DNA from: Veleropilina oligotropha
Taxonomy: Eukaryota
Length of the DNA: 64,000 nucleotides
Direction of reading: 5' to 3'
NCBI GenBank assembly: GCA_048128005.1
Contig: JBEUKZ010000046.1
Location: forward strand, 124,001 to 188,000
The stretch's first letter is position 1. Every line of letters begins with the position of its first letter. Below, one piece after another: positions 53,101-64,000 of the stretch. Position numbers and translations under genes: made by a program. The notes below the pieces were generated by a model that was not told where the DNA came from, searched no databases, and saw only the letters and a program-made list of their open reading frames with translations.

Positions 53101-56100
53101 CAAGTGGCCAACTAACAAATACCTTAATCATATAAATGACGTCATCATTTAATAAATATATATCTACCTCATCTCATCTGTAATTAAGTTAGTGAGTAAA
53201 ACATTTCAGCTAAATATACTTAAAAGATATCCATTATATCTCGATCATAAAAATATATAGTTTTCCATAAAGTTATTCAAAGGAAACTGTTGATATCACA
53301 TAAGATGTACGAGAAATATGTTTGGAATTCAGCCAGCATATTCAGTGTGTATGACTATTGTTCTCTGGAAAGAGTTAATATATCTATATGGTCATATTGG
53401 GAATGGTCTACTTTATTAAGGAAGCAACGCAGTCAGGCAAGTAGATTGAAAGCAGCTAACATGTATAGTACAGGTAATAGAAATCAAAGGGATATTTGTC
53501 CATGGATATAAACAACTGGATCATAGCATGCACAATTATCAATTATAATTAGCAACTAAAGGAAAACATGTCAAAGTATGAAGAAGCAGGCAGAATTAAA
53601 GATCTGATAAAAAGACTTTTGACAAGGATTTTACAAGTTTCTACAGCACGAAGAGGATTAAATCCCCCGAAATAGAATATCTTTCATTTTAGGTGTATTA
53701 TGAATCGACTTTTGAAAAATTTTAATATCAATTTTAGTCTAAAAATATTAATTTTCAATAATTACATATCAGTAATGAAGCGGTTAGTATATATTGGAAA
53801 CATTTCATATTCTGCAGAAAAAAATATTTTATACCTTTGCCACTCGAGACAGTTGGTGAGGATATATTGCTTGTTGTGGCAGGTAAAGAGTGTTGCCGGC
53901 TTAGGTAGCCACTATCGAAAAACTTGTTGGTATCGATGGGACTTTTGGGCATGCCCTTTATGTCTGGCATTCCAGAAGAGTTATTCGTATCGTCGCTCTT
54001 TGTCACTCGCACGTCCAACTCCTGCCGTAAATCTGAAAATAAAGCAAATATATATCATAGAAAATATAAGGACGCACAATGTTAAATTGCAACTTGACAA
54101 TGCTTTAGCGACAATCCATAAAAATCTTCCAAAGAAAATGTTGGTATCATTCATTAAATATATGGGAAATATGTCTCATCTATAATTCAGCCTGCATATT
54201 CAGTGCATATGGGAGGAGGAGAATTATGCTTAATGTCCTGTATATTTATAACATCGAGGTTCAAGGCAGGACATGTCCGTGTTATCGCGGGAGGAAACCC
54301 CGGTCGCCGGGTAAACCCGCCCTCTTCGGCCAGTCACGGACAACTGTGCTTCATAACTTGAACAAATGTGTGCTGCCTCAGCCGGGGGTCGATCCCACTA
54401 CTGTTCGCGTCAGCGGAAACAAGCCAGTGAATTTAGAGTGGACACTCTACCCACTGCGCTACCGAAGCGGCCCAGTGCATATGGAGAGTGTTATCTAGAA
54501 TACTCAATGATGCAACAATTAACCCTCGATGCATCAAGTCTTGACCCATGTGTTGCCTCTTAATCTAATGAATCACTAGCGTACCTCTGTTCCCATCTCT
54601 GATTCTTACCTCTCGCCTCATCCTTTAACCTCTGAACTGTCTCGGACAGCGTTTCTTTATCGTCCAGTTCATTTTCCAGAAAAGCATTTCTTTCAATTGC
54701 CTGAGAATACAAAAGGTGCCGCATGTGTAATCTTGCAGGGTTTAAGGTAACTCAAAATTATGCTTTAATACAGACTTAGTTAATTTGTATAAAGAACAGG
54801 CATGAGATTGGTAAAATGTGATAAAACCTCAGCTGCAGGCCCTCTCAGCTGAATTCTAGCCCATTTTTTTTATCATTGGAAGGCTACCCAAATGCAAGCA
54901 TTTCATGAAGATGACATTAATTTTTTCTAAATTTTTGAAAGCATCACAGTTCGTTTAAAATTAAATGACGCTAATAACTCGCCTGTTCTTACAGCGGTAT
55001 CTTTAGTTATGGTTTTCTTTTGACTCCGCCTTTTAAGTAATTCCGCTTACAACAGTTACGTTCGTAATGAAGATGAAAAATGATCGCAAAAGATAAATAT
55101 ATTGTAAGTTTAATTGCAGGACAAAAATATTGCTGAATTATGTACTAATATTATATACATATTTTTGACGAGTTCTGACTTTGCAAACTGTTTTAACCGG
55201 TATGCATGCCTACACCCCCCCCTCCCCCCCCCCAAACTTCTCCCCGGATATAGACGAATTAGAAGAACGGTCCGTGGGGAAGTAGAACAAGAGTCATCAG
55301 AAGAAGACGTATACCCCCGGCTGAACGTTAATTTTAACACTACATCCCTGCTTTTAAGTGTAAGGAAGAAGACAGAGTCATCAATATCTCCCGCAATGGT
55401 TAATTCCAAAGGAAACATTAACGAATTTACAACAAGGGCAATAACTCTATTATGAATCTCTGCACAACGTCGAAATTAGCAAAAGGCACCAGTTCACCGA
55501 CTACTGAATACACCCATTAAATTTCATAAAGATATGGCAATCGGTTTATGAGATATCCTCCTGAAAAGAGAACATTAACAAATTTACAACAAGGGCAATA
55601 ACTCTGTTATTAATCCCCGCACAGCGTTGCAATTCGCAAAAGGCACCAGTTCACCAACTACTTAATACACACAGCAAGTTTCGTAAAGTTATGTTGAGCG
55701 GTGTATGAGATACGGTCTGGAAAAGATAACATTAGCGAATTTACAACAAGGGCAGGAACTCTGTTTAATCATCGCCGATCGATGTCAAAAGTGGCAAAAG
55801 GCACCTGTTCACCGACTACTTAATACACCCTTCAAGTATTGTAAAGTTTTGTTGAGTGGTGTATGAGAAACGGTCCGGAAGAACAATGTCATTAGGGAAT
55901 TTACAACAAGGGCAGTAACTCTGTTAATAATCGCCGCTCAACATCGAAACTGGCAAAAGGCACCAGTTCACCTACTAGTTAATACACCCTGCAAATATCG
56001 TAAAGTTATGTCGAGCGGTGTAAGAGATATGCTCCGGAAACAATATCGATTACATACAGACTGAGCGATCGCAAGATCCCCGGCGATGGTAACCGGGGGG

Positions 56101-59100
56101 GGGGGGTAAAAACCTGAAAAATCTCATGCCTGAAGAACCTTTAACAAATAAAATATTGACAAAAATAGCATTTTAAGTTTTCTCCACTTTCATCAACAAA
56201 TTTGTTTGCATACATGTGATACCTATGACTGGGAGTATATTATTCTGGAAATCGGCACCCCCGAAATGGCCTACTCCGGGAGTCTCCCGATATGACATAA
56301 ATCTTACGAAATCAGAGAATCTTCCAGACATAATTTAATATCCAGTAAAGTTTATGTCCACAACTCTATGCATTGTACTATACCTTAATTTGATCCCTGT
56401 CACCGCGATTGTTTGTTTACTGTGCCAAGCGCATTATCGCTACTTTCACTTTCATGGTTCAATGGTGATTTTGAATGAGCATTGTTCGTCCTTATTGATA
56501 CCGAATTACTGTTCGAATACCAGTTATTTCAGTCCTATGAATGCTATTTATTCGTATAAATGACAATTTACTAAACCAATAGTAAAATACGGATGGATAT
56601 GAAGACAAGAGGCCTCTTGACCTATAGATCTTCGCTGGAAAGGATTCGTCAATATAGGCAAAGTCCAAATTCCGAATGTCAGCGAAACTGGGACGTATAT
56701 TTTTCTAATATATACAGGATAAGTTAAACACATCATAAGGAAGGCTCATAACAATTAAGAAAAAAGTTATCAGACAGTTTCAGAGTTATTCACATTTGAA
56801 GGCAAAACTTGTCGCAGAAGTCCAAAAAGGTAAATTTCGGAAAAACAGAGAAGTACAATTTCATAATATTTTCAAGAAAGGTTCAGAACATAATAAGGAA
56901 GGCTCATGCGAAAGTAAAAATAAAGTTATCAGATAGTTTTCAAGATATTCACATTTCAAGTCAAAAGTTGACGCTGGACGGATGCCGGACGGACGTATGC
57001 CGGACAAAGTGGTATCAGTCAAGCTCCACAGACTACGTCACAGCGGAGCTAATAAAGACAGGATCAACAGTTTCCAACCACTTGTAGTTATGTTCAGTTG
57101 AAAGTAAATTATGGATGGACTTTGCAATTACTGATAAATACAGTACTGATAAGAAGATAAAACCTGGATCAACAGTTTTCAAGTACTTGCTAGTTGTCAA
57201 TGTCATGCAGATAGGAGATTGTTATATGTTTTGTTCAGTTGAAAGTAAAGTATGGATTGACTCGCATATATGTTACTATTGATTTACCATATAAATATGA
57301 TAGTGCATTTATTGTTAGGAATAAATGTAATGTGATAACACTTCTTGTATCAATATCAACATATTAATATTGATCAATATGAAAAGTTAAATTATTGATT
57401 GTAGTATTTTTTTTATAAAACTCACTTTTATTATTGTTTTGATTGCATAAGATTACTATTTACTATCATTTCTATACATGTCTTTTTATGCAAATACTTA
57501 AAAGTATATGACGTAATGGACGATTTTGATAAAAATACTACTGGAATTTGACCCCAATCTTCTGGAATCTTGACCCCAACCTCCTGGAATTCTGATTTGG
57601 GTTATCACATGTATGTGTTTGAGCAACGAAAGGGTTATCAATGCTTCATGATTTCACAAACTTCGAACTAAATTCGAAGTGGTCATTCATTGAACCAATT
57701 TGTTTCAACTCATAACACTAAAGTATAATCCTGACAAAGTGACTTTCTTAAATTACAATAATTTAGAGATGTAATCTGGTGAATACTGCTCATCCAAAAT
57801 AAAAGCGAATAGTTTATATATTTTAGGAAATAAACAATCGAGGAAAAAGCATACCCAAAAGTAATAATGTACCTGATTTAACCTAGCTTCAAAGTCTTGT
57901 AATGAAACAACAGTTGCTCTGAAAATGGAAAATAATCATTCAATATACATATATATAATATCACAAAATGAAATTAAATAATTCCAAATTTCAAGACTTA
58001 TTCAAAATCAAGGCTACCCTTCCACATTTCAATCTATTGGCCAATGGTACAATAAATGAAATAATAGCAAATATTTGAATAACTAAATATCCCGATTTAC
58101 TCAAAATTTTTGAACAAGATACAGTGTATCCCTGGTTCGGCCCTCCTCCAAAATCATCTGGATCCAGATTGTATGATGCGATTACCGGTTTAGAGATTGG
58201 GCTCTAGCGTAAATCGTCGTTAAAATGTTCTTTATCTCACTGGACAACGACATGGTGAATGATGGATAAAATAGGTCACATTTTTTAACTTCTATAATTC
58301 GATTGAAATTAGCAATGTTTGATAGAGATGAAAATCCATAAACCGGAAATTGAGTAAAAAAATCTGTTTCATCTTCGAGGATGACCGAACCACGGGTACA
58401 CCATTATGATCCATGTAAAATTTCAAATAAATCGAATAAATAATTTTTAAATTATTAAACTCGAGTTATCACAGGAGTGATCATATTTCCTCACAAAAGC
58501 GTTTCACCCAAGAACAGGTTGTCGCAGTGACATACAGTCTACTTTTGAGTTATGAAGCATACACACATCACGTTTTGTGTCCCTCTGTCAAATAGTATGG
58601 GAGATATAGAGCGGAAGGGAATTTTGAACTGAATGCGGTAAAGCGTAAAAAATAGGTCACGGTGACCTACTTTCGGTACGCAACACATCCATAGATGATC
58701 AAGTTTTGTGTCCCTAGGTCAAATAGTATTGGAGATATGGATCGGAAGAGAATATTGGACGAAATGCGGCCAAGCGTGAGCAGTAGGTCACGGTGACCTA
58801 CATTTGGTACAAAGCACACCTTTGGGTTATGGCGCTTACACACATGAAGTTTTGTGTCCCTCGGTTTTAAAAACAGAATAGGAAGTATGGAGCTAAAGGT
58901 AATTTTGGACAAAATGCGGTTAAGCTTGCGATCAAGTCCGAAAAGTAGGTCGCAGCGACCTACTTTCAAGCACACATGGGGTATGACGCATACACACATC
59001 AAGTTTCGTGTCCCTAAGCAAATTAGTATCGGAGATATGGAGCGGATGGGAACTTGCAACAAACCGGCAGACAAGCCGACTCCCATAATGCACCCCCCAT

Positions 59101-60643
59101 ATTTTGTTTGTGGAGACATAATTATATACATGTATACATCCGTAGCCAATTGCAAAATCCTCACACCTCCACTGGAAACAAGATTAATATAACATCAGAT
59201 ACAATTTGGATCGGTTTCAACTGGGGCTCTATGAATGACTATCATATTTTGACAGGACCTGAAATGCATGCTATACACTGTTTCCAAAGACAGCATATGT
59301 GATGATACAACAGCAGAAAATAATCTCAAACAAGCCTTTAACCCAGTCTACCCGTGATAAACTTGGCTCATATCTCATTGCGATAAAAATCTTGTTTGAA
59401 GGTACAGACTGTGAAATATTCATTAAACAGTTAAATACTCAGAAATTGGAAACCATTAACAAATCTAGGGTTACTGCAATAAATGAAATACAACATGCCA
59501 TGTACACATTACTGCCTTAGGATACAGTCTGGGCACTTTTGTTTCCATTCATCTAAGAACTGCCTTATGCTGACATTGAATAGGATAATCACTGCTGCTA
59601 GAGTTGTTATACCTAATCCTTCAGTCAATCTAGGAATCACTTCCTTTGCCACACAAAACAGCTGCAGATTAACTTAAGCATGCTGGACCTAATAACATGG
59701 TCAGTGGAACAAATACTGACCAGTTTTTATTTAGCCCTGGGAATTAGACACTCAACATTCTGTCAGGAAGCTAAGAAATTTACTGAAATGTTGCCAAGCC
59801 ATTACTGTTGGTAAATAACTGCCCATAAAATATAGGTCAGTTAACCAGCACTTGTTTGTTAGCAGGCAGCATCCTATTATGTTAGCAGTCATTAGATTAG
59901 TAAAGATAACATGGGCTGGTCCGCATGAGTCACAAAATGACAACATCATCACTGAATACTTGTCAATAGCAGTAAATCATTACGAAACTACTTTCGCAAT
60001 GATGACTGAAATTAGTGAAAATTAGTTATTTCCAGACGGTCAAATTACATGCTCATGTTACCATAGGACATGATTGAGCCATGGAAAACCAGCCTGCACC
60101 GACCAGTTATGGACAACTGTGCCTGTTTAGACTATATATATATACAAAAATATTAAGACTTTTAAAACAGCACAACACTGTTGCTTAAAGTGGGTAACCA
60201 TGGTTGATTGCGAGCGGACTTTGAACGACAATTGATGTTAATGGGTTTTTATATGAGTGGCAGTAATGCGCTTTCTAAACCCAAACAAATTATATTTAAT
60301 TCTATTTAATCGAGACTGGATTTGGATATAACGTTATTATCGGAGAGCTGGACAGATGATCAGGGTCACTTTTGAAGGTGAACGCTTCCTCCTAAAAATG
60401 AGTATTTTTACAAAATTACAGCACACACATGACATGAATGCACAGTATCTAATCACCTCTTAGCTCATGACATGAATGCACAGTATCTAATCACCTCTTA
60501 GCTCGTTCTAAATCATCATTGGTCTGTTCCAGCTCCCGGATGTATTTCTGTAGTTCGTCTTTATATGCTGCGATCTGCGCTAAATCAGACTGTAAATCGC
60601 TTATCTGAGTGTACGTGTTGGTCTGCATTTCCTCCAGTTTTTC
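41094..60643 (-). CDS. NDEL1: Nuclear distribution protein nudE homolog (NDE1/NDEL1 family), spliced, 5'-incomplete. Exons 60643-60495, 57918-57873, 54700-54610, 54032-53835, 51026-50947, 47195-47101, 41160-41094.
   Basis: Phase-consistent GT-AG exons give [64 protein letters not shown] and [29 protein letters not shown], both diagnostic of nudE. This is probably a single invertebrate co-ortholog of NDE1 and NDEL1. Confidence 0.96.
41334..41522. mobile_element. Small MITE (GGGCTATTCCA-type TIR)
   Basis: GCGCTATTCCAATAAAAT..CCCTGACTCCAGG / CCTGGAGTCAG..CTGGAATAGCCC. Confidence 0.7.
42326..43758. mobile_element. hAT-like element with 6-bp TSD, containing a pogo/Tc1-like MITE (42497-43006)
   Basis: CAGGGCACGAATT / AATTTCGAGCGCTG, TSD CTTATA; inner TA|CCGTATAATCGCG...CGCGTGATTATACGG|TA. 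Confidence 0.8.
43992..44133. repeat. Crypton-like terminal hairpin of the host element (from about 42260)
   Basis: GGTAGTATACGGTAC.TTGTACACC / GGTGTACAATGTACCGTATACTACC inverted arms. Confidence 0.7.
44625..45795. mobile_element. TIR transposon CATACATGTGATA family, 6-bp TSD, inserted in a HINE-like element (44415-45848)
   Basis: CAAACATGTGATA / TATCACATGTATG; TSD GTAAAT. Confidence 0.8.
47101..47195 (-). CDS. NDEL1: nudE exon ([32 protein letters not shown])
   Basis: TTTTCAG acceptor, GTATGT donor; LE.KLA.C motif. Confidence 0.92.
50533..50813. mobile_element. hAT-like MITE
   Basis: CAGGGTTCATAC / GTATGAACCCTG; subterminal TTCCAGGAC repeats; flanks CAAACA/TAAACA. Confidence 0.8.
50947..51026 (-). 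CDS. NDEL1: nudE exon ([26 protein letters not shown])
   Basis: ATTAG acceptor, GTAAGT donor; [14 protein letters not shown] motif. Confidence 0.96.
51438..51812. mobile_element. hAT-like MITE
   Basis: TAGGGCT...AGCCCTG; flanks TATACG/TATACA. Confidence 0.55.
51859..53374. mobile_element. piggyBac-like non-autonomous element containing a HINE-like insertion (51984-52530)
   Basis: TTAA|CCCTTTC ... GGAAAGAG|TTAA; duplicated palindrome GCCCGCTATAGCGGGC; the inner element has AACAAGAG start, (GGAC)n and a CCCCCG..CGGGGG stem. Confidence 0.65.
53835..54032 (-). CDS. NDEL1: nudE exon ([14 protein letters not shown]...[18 protein letters not shown])
   Basis: TTTTCAG acceptor, GTATAA donor, 198 nt, phase 1 to 1; DLRQEL and SLPAT motifs. 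Confidence 0.92.
54213..54473 (-). mobile_element. Full-length SINE family A
   Basis: TSD AGTGCATATGG. Confidence 0.92.
54610..54700 (-). CDS. NDEL1: nudE exon ([31 protein letters not shown])
   Basis: TCTCAG acceptor, GTAAGA donor, 91 nt. Confidence 0.96.
55286..56112 (+). repeat. HINE-like element with four ~160-bp units (TTTACAACAAGGGCA..GCAAAAGGCACCAGTTCAC)
   Basis: Same family as 51984-52530. Confidence 0.8.
56209..57615. mobile_element. Second CATACATGTGATA-family transposon (opposite orientation) with a nested HINE-like element (about 56604-57055)
   Basis: Perfect 13-bp TIR; TSD TGTTTG; ends match 44625-45795 in reverse. Confidence 0.85.
57873..57918 (-). CDS. NDEL1: nudE exon ([15 protein letters not shown])
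   Basis: TTTTCAG acceptor, GTACAT donor, 46 nt, phase 2 to 0. Confidence 0.93.
58122..58404. mobile_element. Tc1/mariner-like MITE
   Basis: TA|CAGTGTATCCCTGGTTCGGCCCTCCTC vs GAGGATGACCGAACCACGGGTACAC imperfect TIR. Confidence 0.6.
58457..59123 (+). repeat. HINE-like element with TTTTGTGTCCCT / TAGGTCACGGTGACCTA units
   Basis: Four degenerate tandem units and a 3' stem-loop followed by CATAAT. Confidence 0.65.
60495..60643 (-). CDS. NDEL1: nudE exon ([50 protein letters not shown])
   Basis: TTTATAG acceptor, GTGATT donor, 149 nt; [14 protein letters not shown] motif. Confidence 0.96.
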
Positions 60644-61516
60644 CTATAAAGCAAATAGAAACATGGAGATTTCACTAACATTCGCAGGTTTGTGGTCAAT
60701 GAATGTTTCTAACTATTTTCATTGTTAAGTCTAACCTGAAAACAAACCTTTAGAACATGGCAAATTAAAGAAAAACAGGGCGAAGTTACCAGCACAATGG
60801 TCCATTGTATTACCTGCGTAATGCTCGAGGTATCACATACTTATGACATATGGTGAAAATGGCGATTGTGTTTATACAGTGGAAAGATGACCAATTGATA
60901 CATTTTGGACTTTACATAAAAGAAGAATGTGTTGACTGACAAGCAGGAAAACCATCCAATAGGTAATGGATATTCTTGCATATAATTTTTTTTACGCAAT
61001 CAAAGATGACAAGACAATGGAAAGGGATGACTGAAGAGACTAGTTTATTTCACATGTCGAAATATCGTGAATAAGCTAAATAACTTAAATTTATCAAAAC
61101 ACATCGTCATCTATATAACACAGGATATAAATTTGCCATTGGCTATGCCTCCTCATTGGGAAATTACTTTTATTACATGTAAATGTCATCCATTCCAAAT
61201 GCTGGAATGCTCATTCACAATTATGGTAGTTTTGAGGATAGCCACTTGTCCTGACCCACAAAATTAACCTACATACCACACACTGTCTGAGTGTGCCCCA
61301 AGTAAAACTCACAACAGTACCAGCTGCAGTAAAGACGCCTGTTGCATGCAAATTTATTATACCTTGATAAACACATACATATGTATATAGTATTGCCTCA
61401 AGCACTACAAAACCATCCCTGGTGCAAATATGTTACATGTATCCACTGCTAAAATTAAACATTATAATCAGAGTCACTTTTGAAAATAAAAGCTCTAGAA
61501 TCTTATTCTATAAGGA

Positions 61517-63070
61517 ACTAGATGCTCAGTCACGAGTGACCGCATATGTATCCCCCGGTAATGACCTGTCTAGAGCGATCACAAGGCATTATGCTTTAAA
61601 ATCCAAGATGGAGGTCACAGCGGAAATCTATAGGTGGTGTGTCCCCACCCAAACCAATGCACATACCAAGTTTGAAAAAATTATGTTAAGAAATGACCGG
61701 TCTAGAGCAATCACGAGGAATCTATCGATGGCGGCCATCTTGGAGGTCGCACCACACCCGAGATCTGCAAGTGTAGTGTCCTCGTCCAAACCAATGCACA
61801 TGCCAAATTTGAAAACATTCCATTAAGAAATGGCCTGTCTAGAGGGATCACAAGCAATTATGGTGGCCGTGGCGGCCATCATGGATGTCGGACCACACCC
61901 TAAATCTATAGGTATCGTGACCTCGCCACAACCAATGCACATACCAAATTTGAAAACATTATGTTAAGAAATGGTCTGTCCAGAGCAATCACAAGCAATT
62001 ATGGTGGTCGTGGCGGCCATCTTGGAGGTCAGACCACACCCAAAATATATATCGTTTTGTGCATACTTGTAATGATAGTTGCAAATATATAAAAAAAAAT
62101 AACTTTAAAAAAAATTATAAATGCTTTAATGGCCGCCGAGGCACTTCCGGCTTTTCAATTTTATCTGGCATAATTGGTAAATGTCGACTACATATGTCAA
62201 TAGGAGTTCACTTTATCCACTATAGGCACACATATATCCATTTTCCCTTAATTAGGTCATTTAGAGCAATGTAGGTTATCTGAGGTCAAAGGTCATGGTG
62301 CCATTTGAAAGCCCAACCATGACTTCCCATAGTGACCATGCGTCTACGTTGCATCATTTTCACGATATAGCCATTTTAAAGACCCTTAAAATTTAAATCC
62401 AATATGGCCGCCGGTTAAATTTAAAAATAAAAAATCCACTTCTATGACATTCTAGACTATTACCTCTGGTATCTGAATATATAAATCATGTCCCGCTAGG
62501 TCAAATATTAACAAATTTATAAAAGAAAATAGTTTTCTAATGAAATTCAAGATGGCCGACAAAATATTGGGGTCACGTGATCCAAAATAGATAGGAGTTG
62601 TGTCCTCGCCCCAACCAAAGCACATACCAAATTTGAAAACATTCCGTTAAGAAATGGCCTGTCTAGAGCGATCACAAAGAATCATGCTTAAAATCCAAGA
62701 TTGAGGCCACAGTGGCCATCTTGGAGGTCGGACCATACCCAAATTATCTAGTTGCCATGTCCTCGCCACAACCAATGCACATACCAAATTTGAAAACATT
62801 CCGTTAAGAAACGGCCTTTCTAGTGCGATCACAAGGAATTATGCTTAAAATCACAAGATGGAGGCCGTGGCGGCCATCTTGGAGGTCGAACCACACCCAA
62901 ATGCTATAGGTGTGGTGTCCTCGCCCCAACCAATGCACATACCAAATTTGAAAACATTCCGTTAAGAAATGGCCTGTCTAGTGCGATCATGAGACATCTC
63001 TCGGCGTAATGGATGCTAAACCATAGTAAGCCCCCCCCCCCCCCGGTACTTTTGTTTCGGGGGATACAAT
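61517..63070 (+). mobile_element. ~1.55-kb HINE-like element, paralog of 37205-38856
   Basis: Shared termini and core; unit number differs between the two copies. Confidence 0.85.
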
Positions 63071-64000
63071 AATCCAGTGTAATTGTTGTGAATCCTTTAA
63101 AATATTTTTTTAAATTCATGATATAAATCATAATAAATTTATGTTTTCCTACTAATACATAATTAGTGAATTCACACTCAGTTTTGACAGTTCGTATACT
63201 GAGGACCGCACTCATTCAGTGTGTACAATTTAATTTTTTAAGATACAAATGTGAAGAAATATTTAAAACACTGCTATGACATCATTCTATTGTCTTGTCC
63301 CAAGGTTCAACTAACCATTTTGATAATTAAACCACGTGAAGCTACTTTTATACACTAATATTGATCTAATTAGATTATAATCATATATTTTAAATTAGAT
63401 TTTTCAATATTTAATTCAGATATATAACTCTGTGCTTGTTGTCTATTTGGACAAGCCCGTACAGTTAAACAACTCTGTGCTACATGCATCGTGGTTTATC
63501 TGCGGGCTTCTTCGATTAGACGACCTAACCTCGTTGTATAAGTTATTATACATAAATTACATACAGCGAAAAACCAAACGACTATTACTAACACACACAC
63601 TCGGGCATGACTATACTATGACAGAAGCATGTCACATTTTATACAGCATAAATGTTTCTGATCAAGATTAAATTTTCAGGTGAAATTTTATTTATTTCAC
63701 TCAAAATTAAAGAATGTAAGTGTATTTTGAAAACAGACAAGCCATTGTAGAGAAAACATATGTGGAAGAATGAAAGGCACGTTTCGTGTGTGAAATCTGA
63801 CACTGTTTCTTGAAGCGTATAAGTCTGCTGACATGAATGGTGGCTTTGTGTGGCCACACTCTATATACTTGATATATGTATATAGGAAGTTAAATGGGCC
63901 AGCATAACAAATCACACACAAACAAAATGTTGAAATGGCGGTCTTCTCGCGTTCAAATAAATATGTTTGTTAACAACCTTGTGCCATGACAAAATCAAAG

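Noticed and set aside
54583..54609. Alternative nudE donor (GAG|GTACGC) 25 nt downstream of the main donor
   Set aside because: It would shift the frame and is weaker than GTAAGA; there is no further support.
59300..60000. Possible coding relic in a nudE intron
   Set aside because: No long frame, recognisable motif or second copy in the window.
60644..64000. First nudE coding exons
   Set aside because: I saw no EFQExSRELEAELE-like frame; they are probably right of the window.

Overview
AT-rich, repeat-dense animal genomic DNA. The repeat types suggest a marine spiralian such as a mollusc, but the species cannot be determined from the sequence. Two conserved intron-containing genes lie on the minus strand. 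POLD2 (DNA polymerase delta subunit 2) has nine coding exons from the ATG at 20354 down to 4551; its last exon was not found and probably lies left of the window. The 3' part of a nudE/NDE1-NDEL1 gene has seven exons from 60643 to the stop at 41094; its 5' exons probably lie right of the window. Introns and intergenic DNA are filled with often nested mobile elements: two tRNA-derived SINE families, CR1/L2-type LINE fragments, Helentron/HINE-like elements with internal satellite arrays, non-autonomous TIR transposons (several with unusual 5- or 6-bp TSDs), Crypton-like hairpin elements and a C-rich minisatellite. The least explained signal is a set of decayed, intronless, unidentified coding islands (about 3.5-4.5, 6.3-6.5, 13.0-13.1, 30.9-31.6 and 35.9-36.7 kb). 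Three of them are related at the protein level, and they may be relics of a large virus-like element. There is no CRISPR array, rRNA or intact tRNA gene. All protein comparisons were made by eye from memory of the families; no database search was run.
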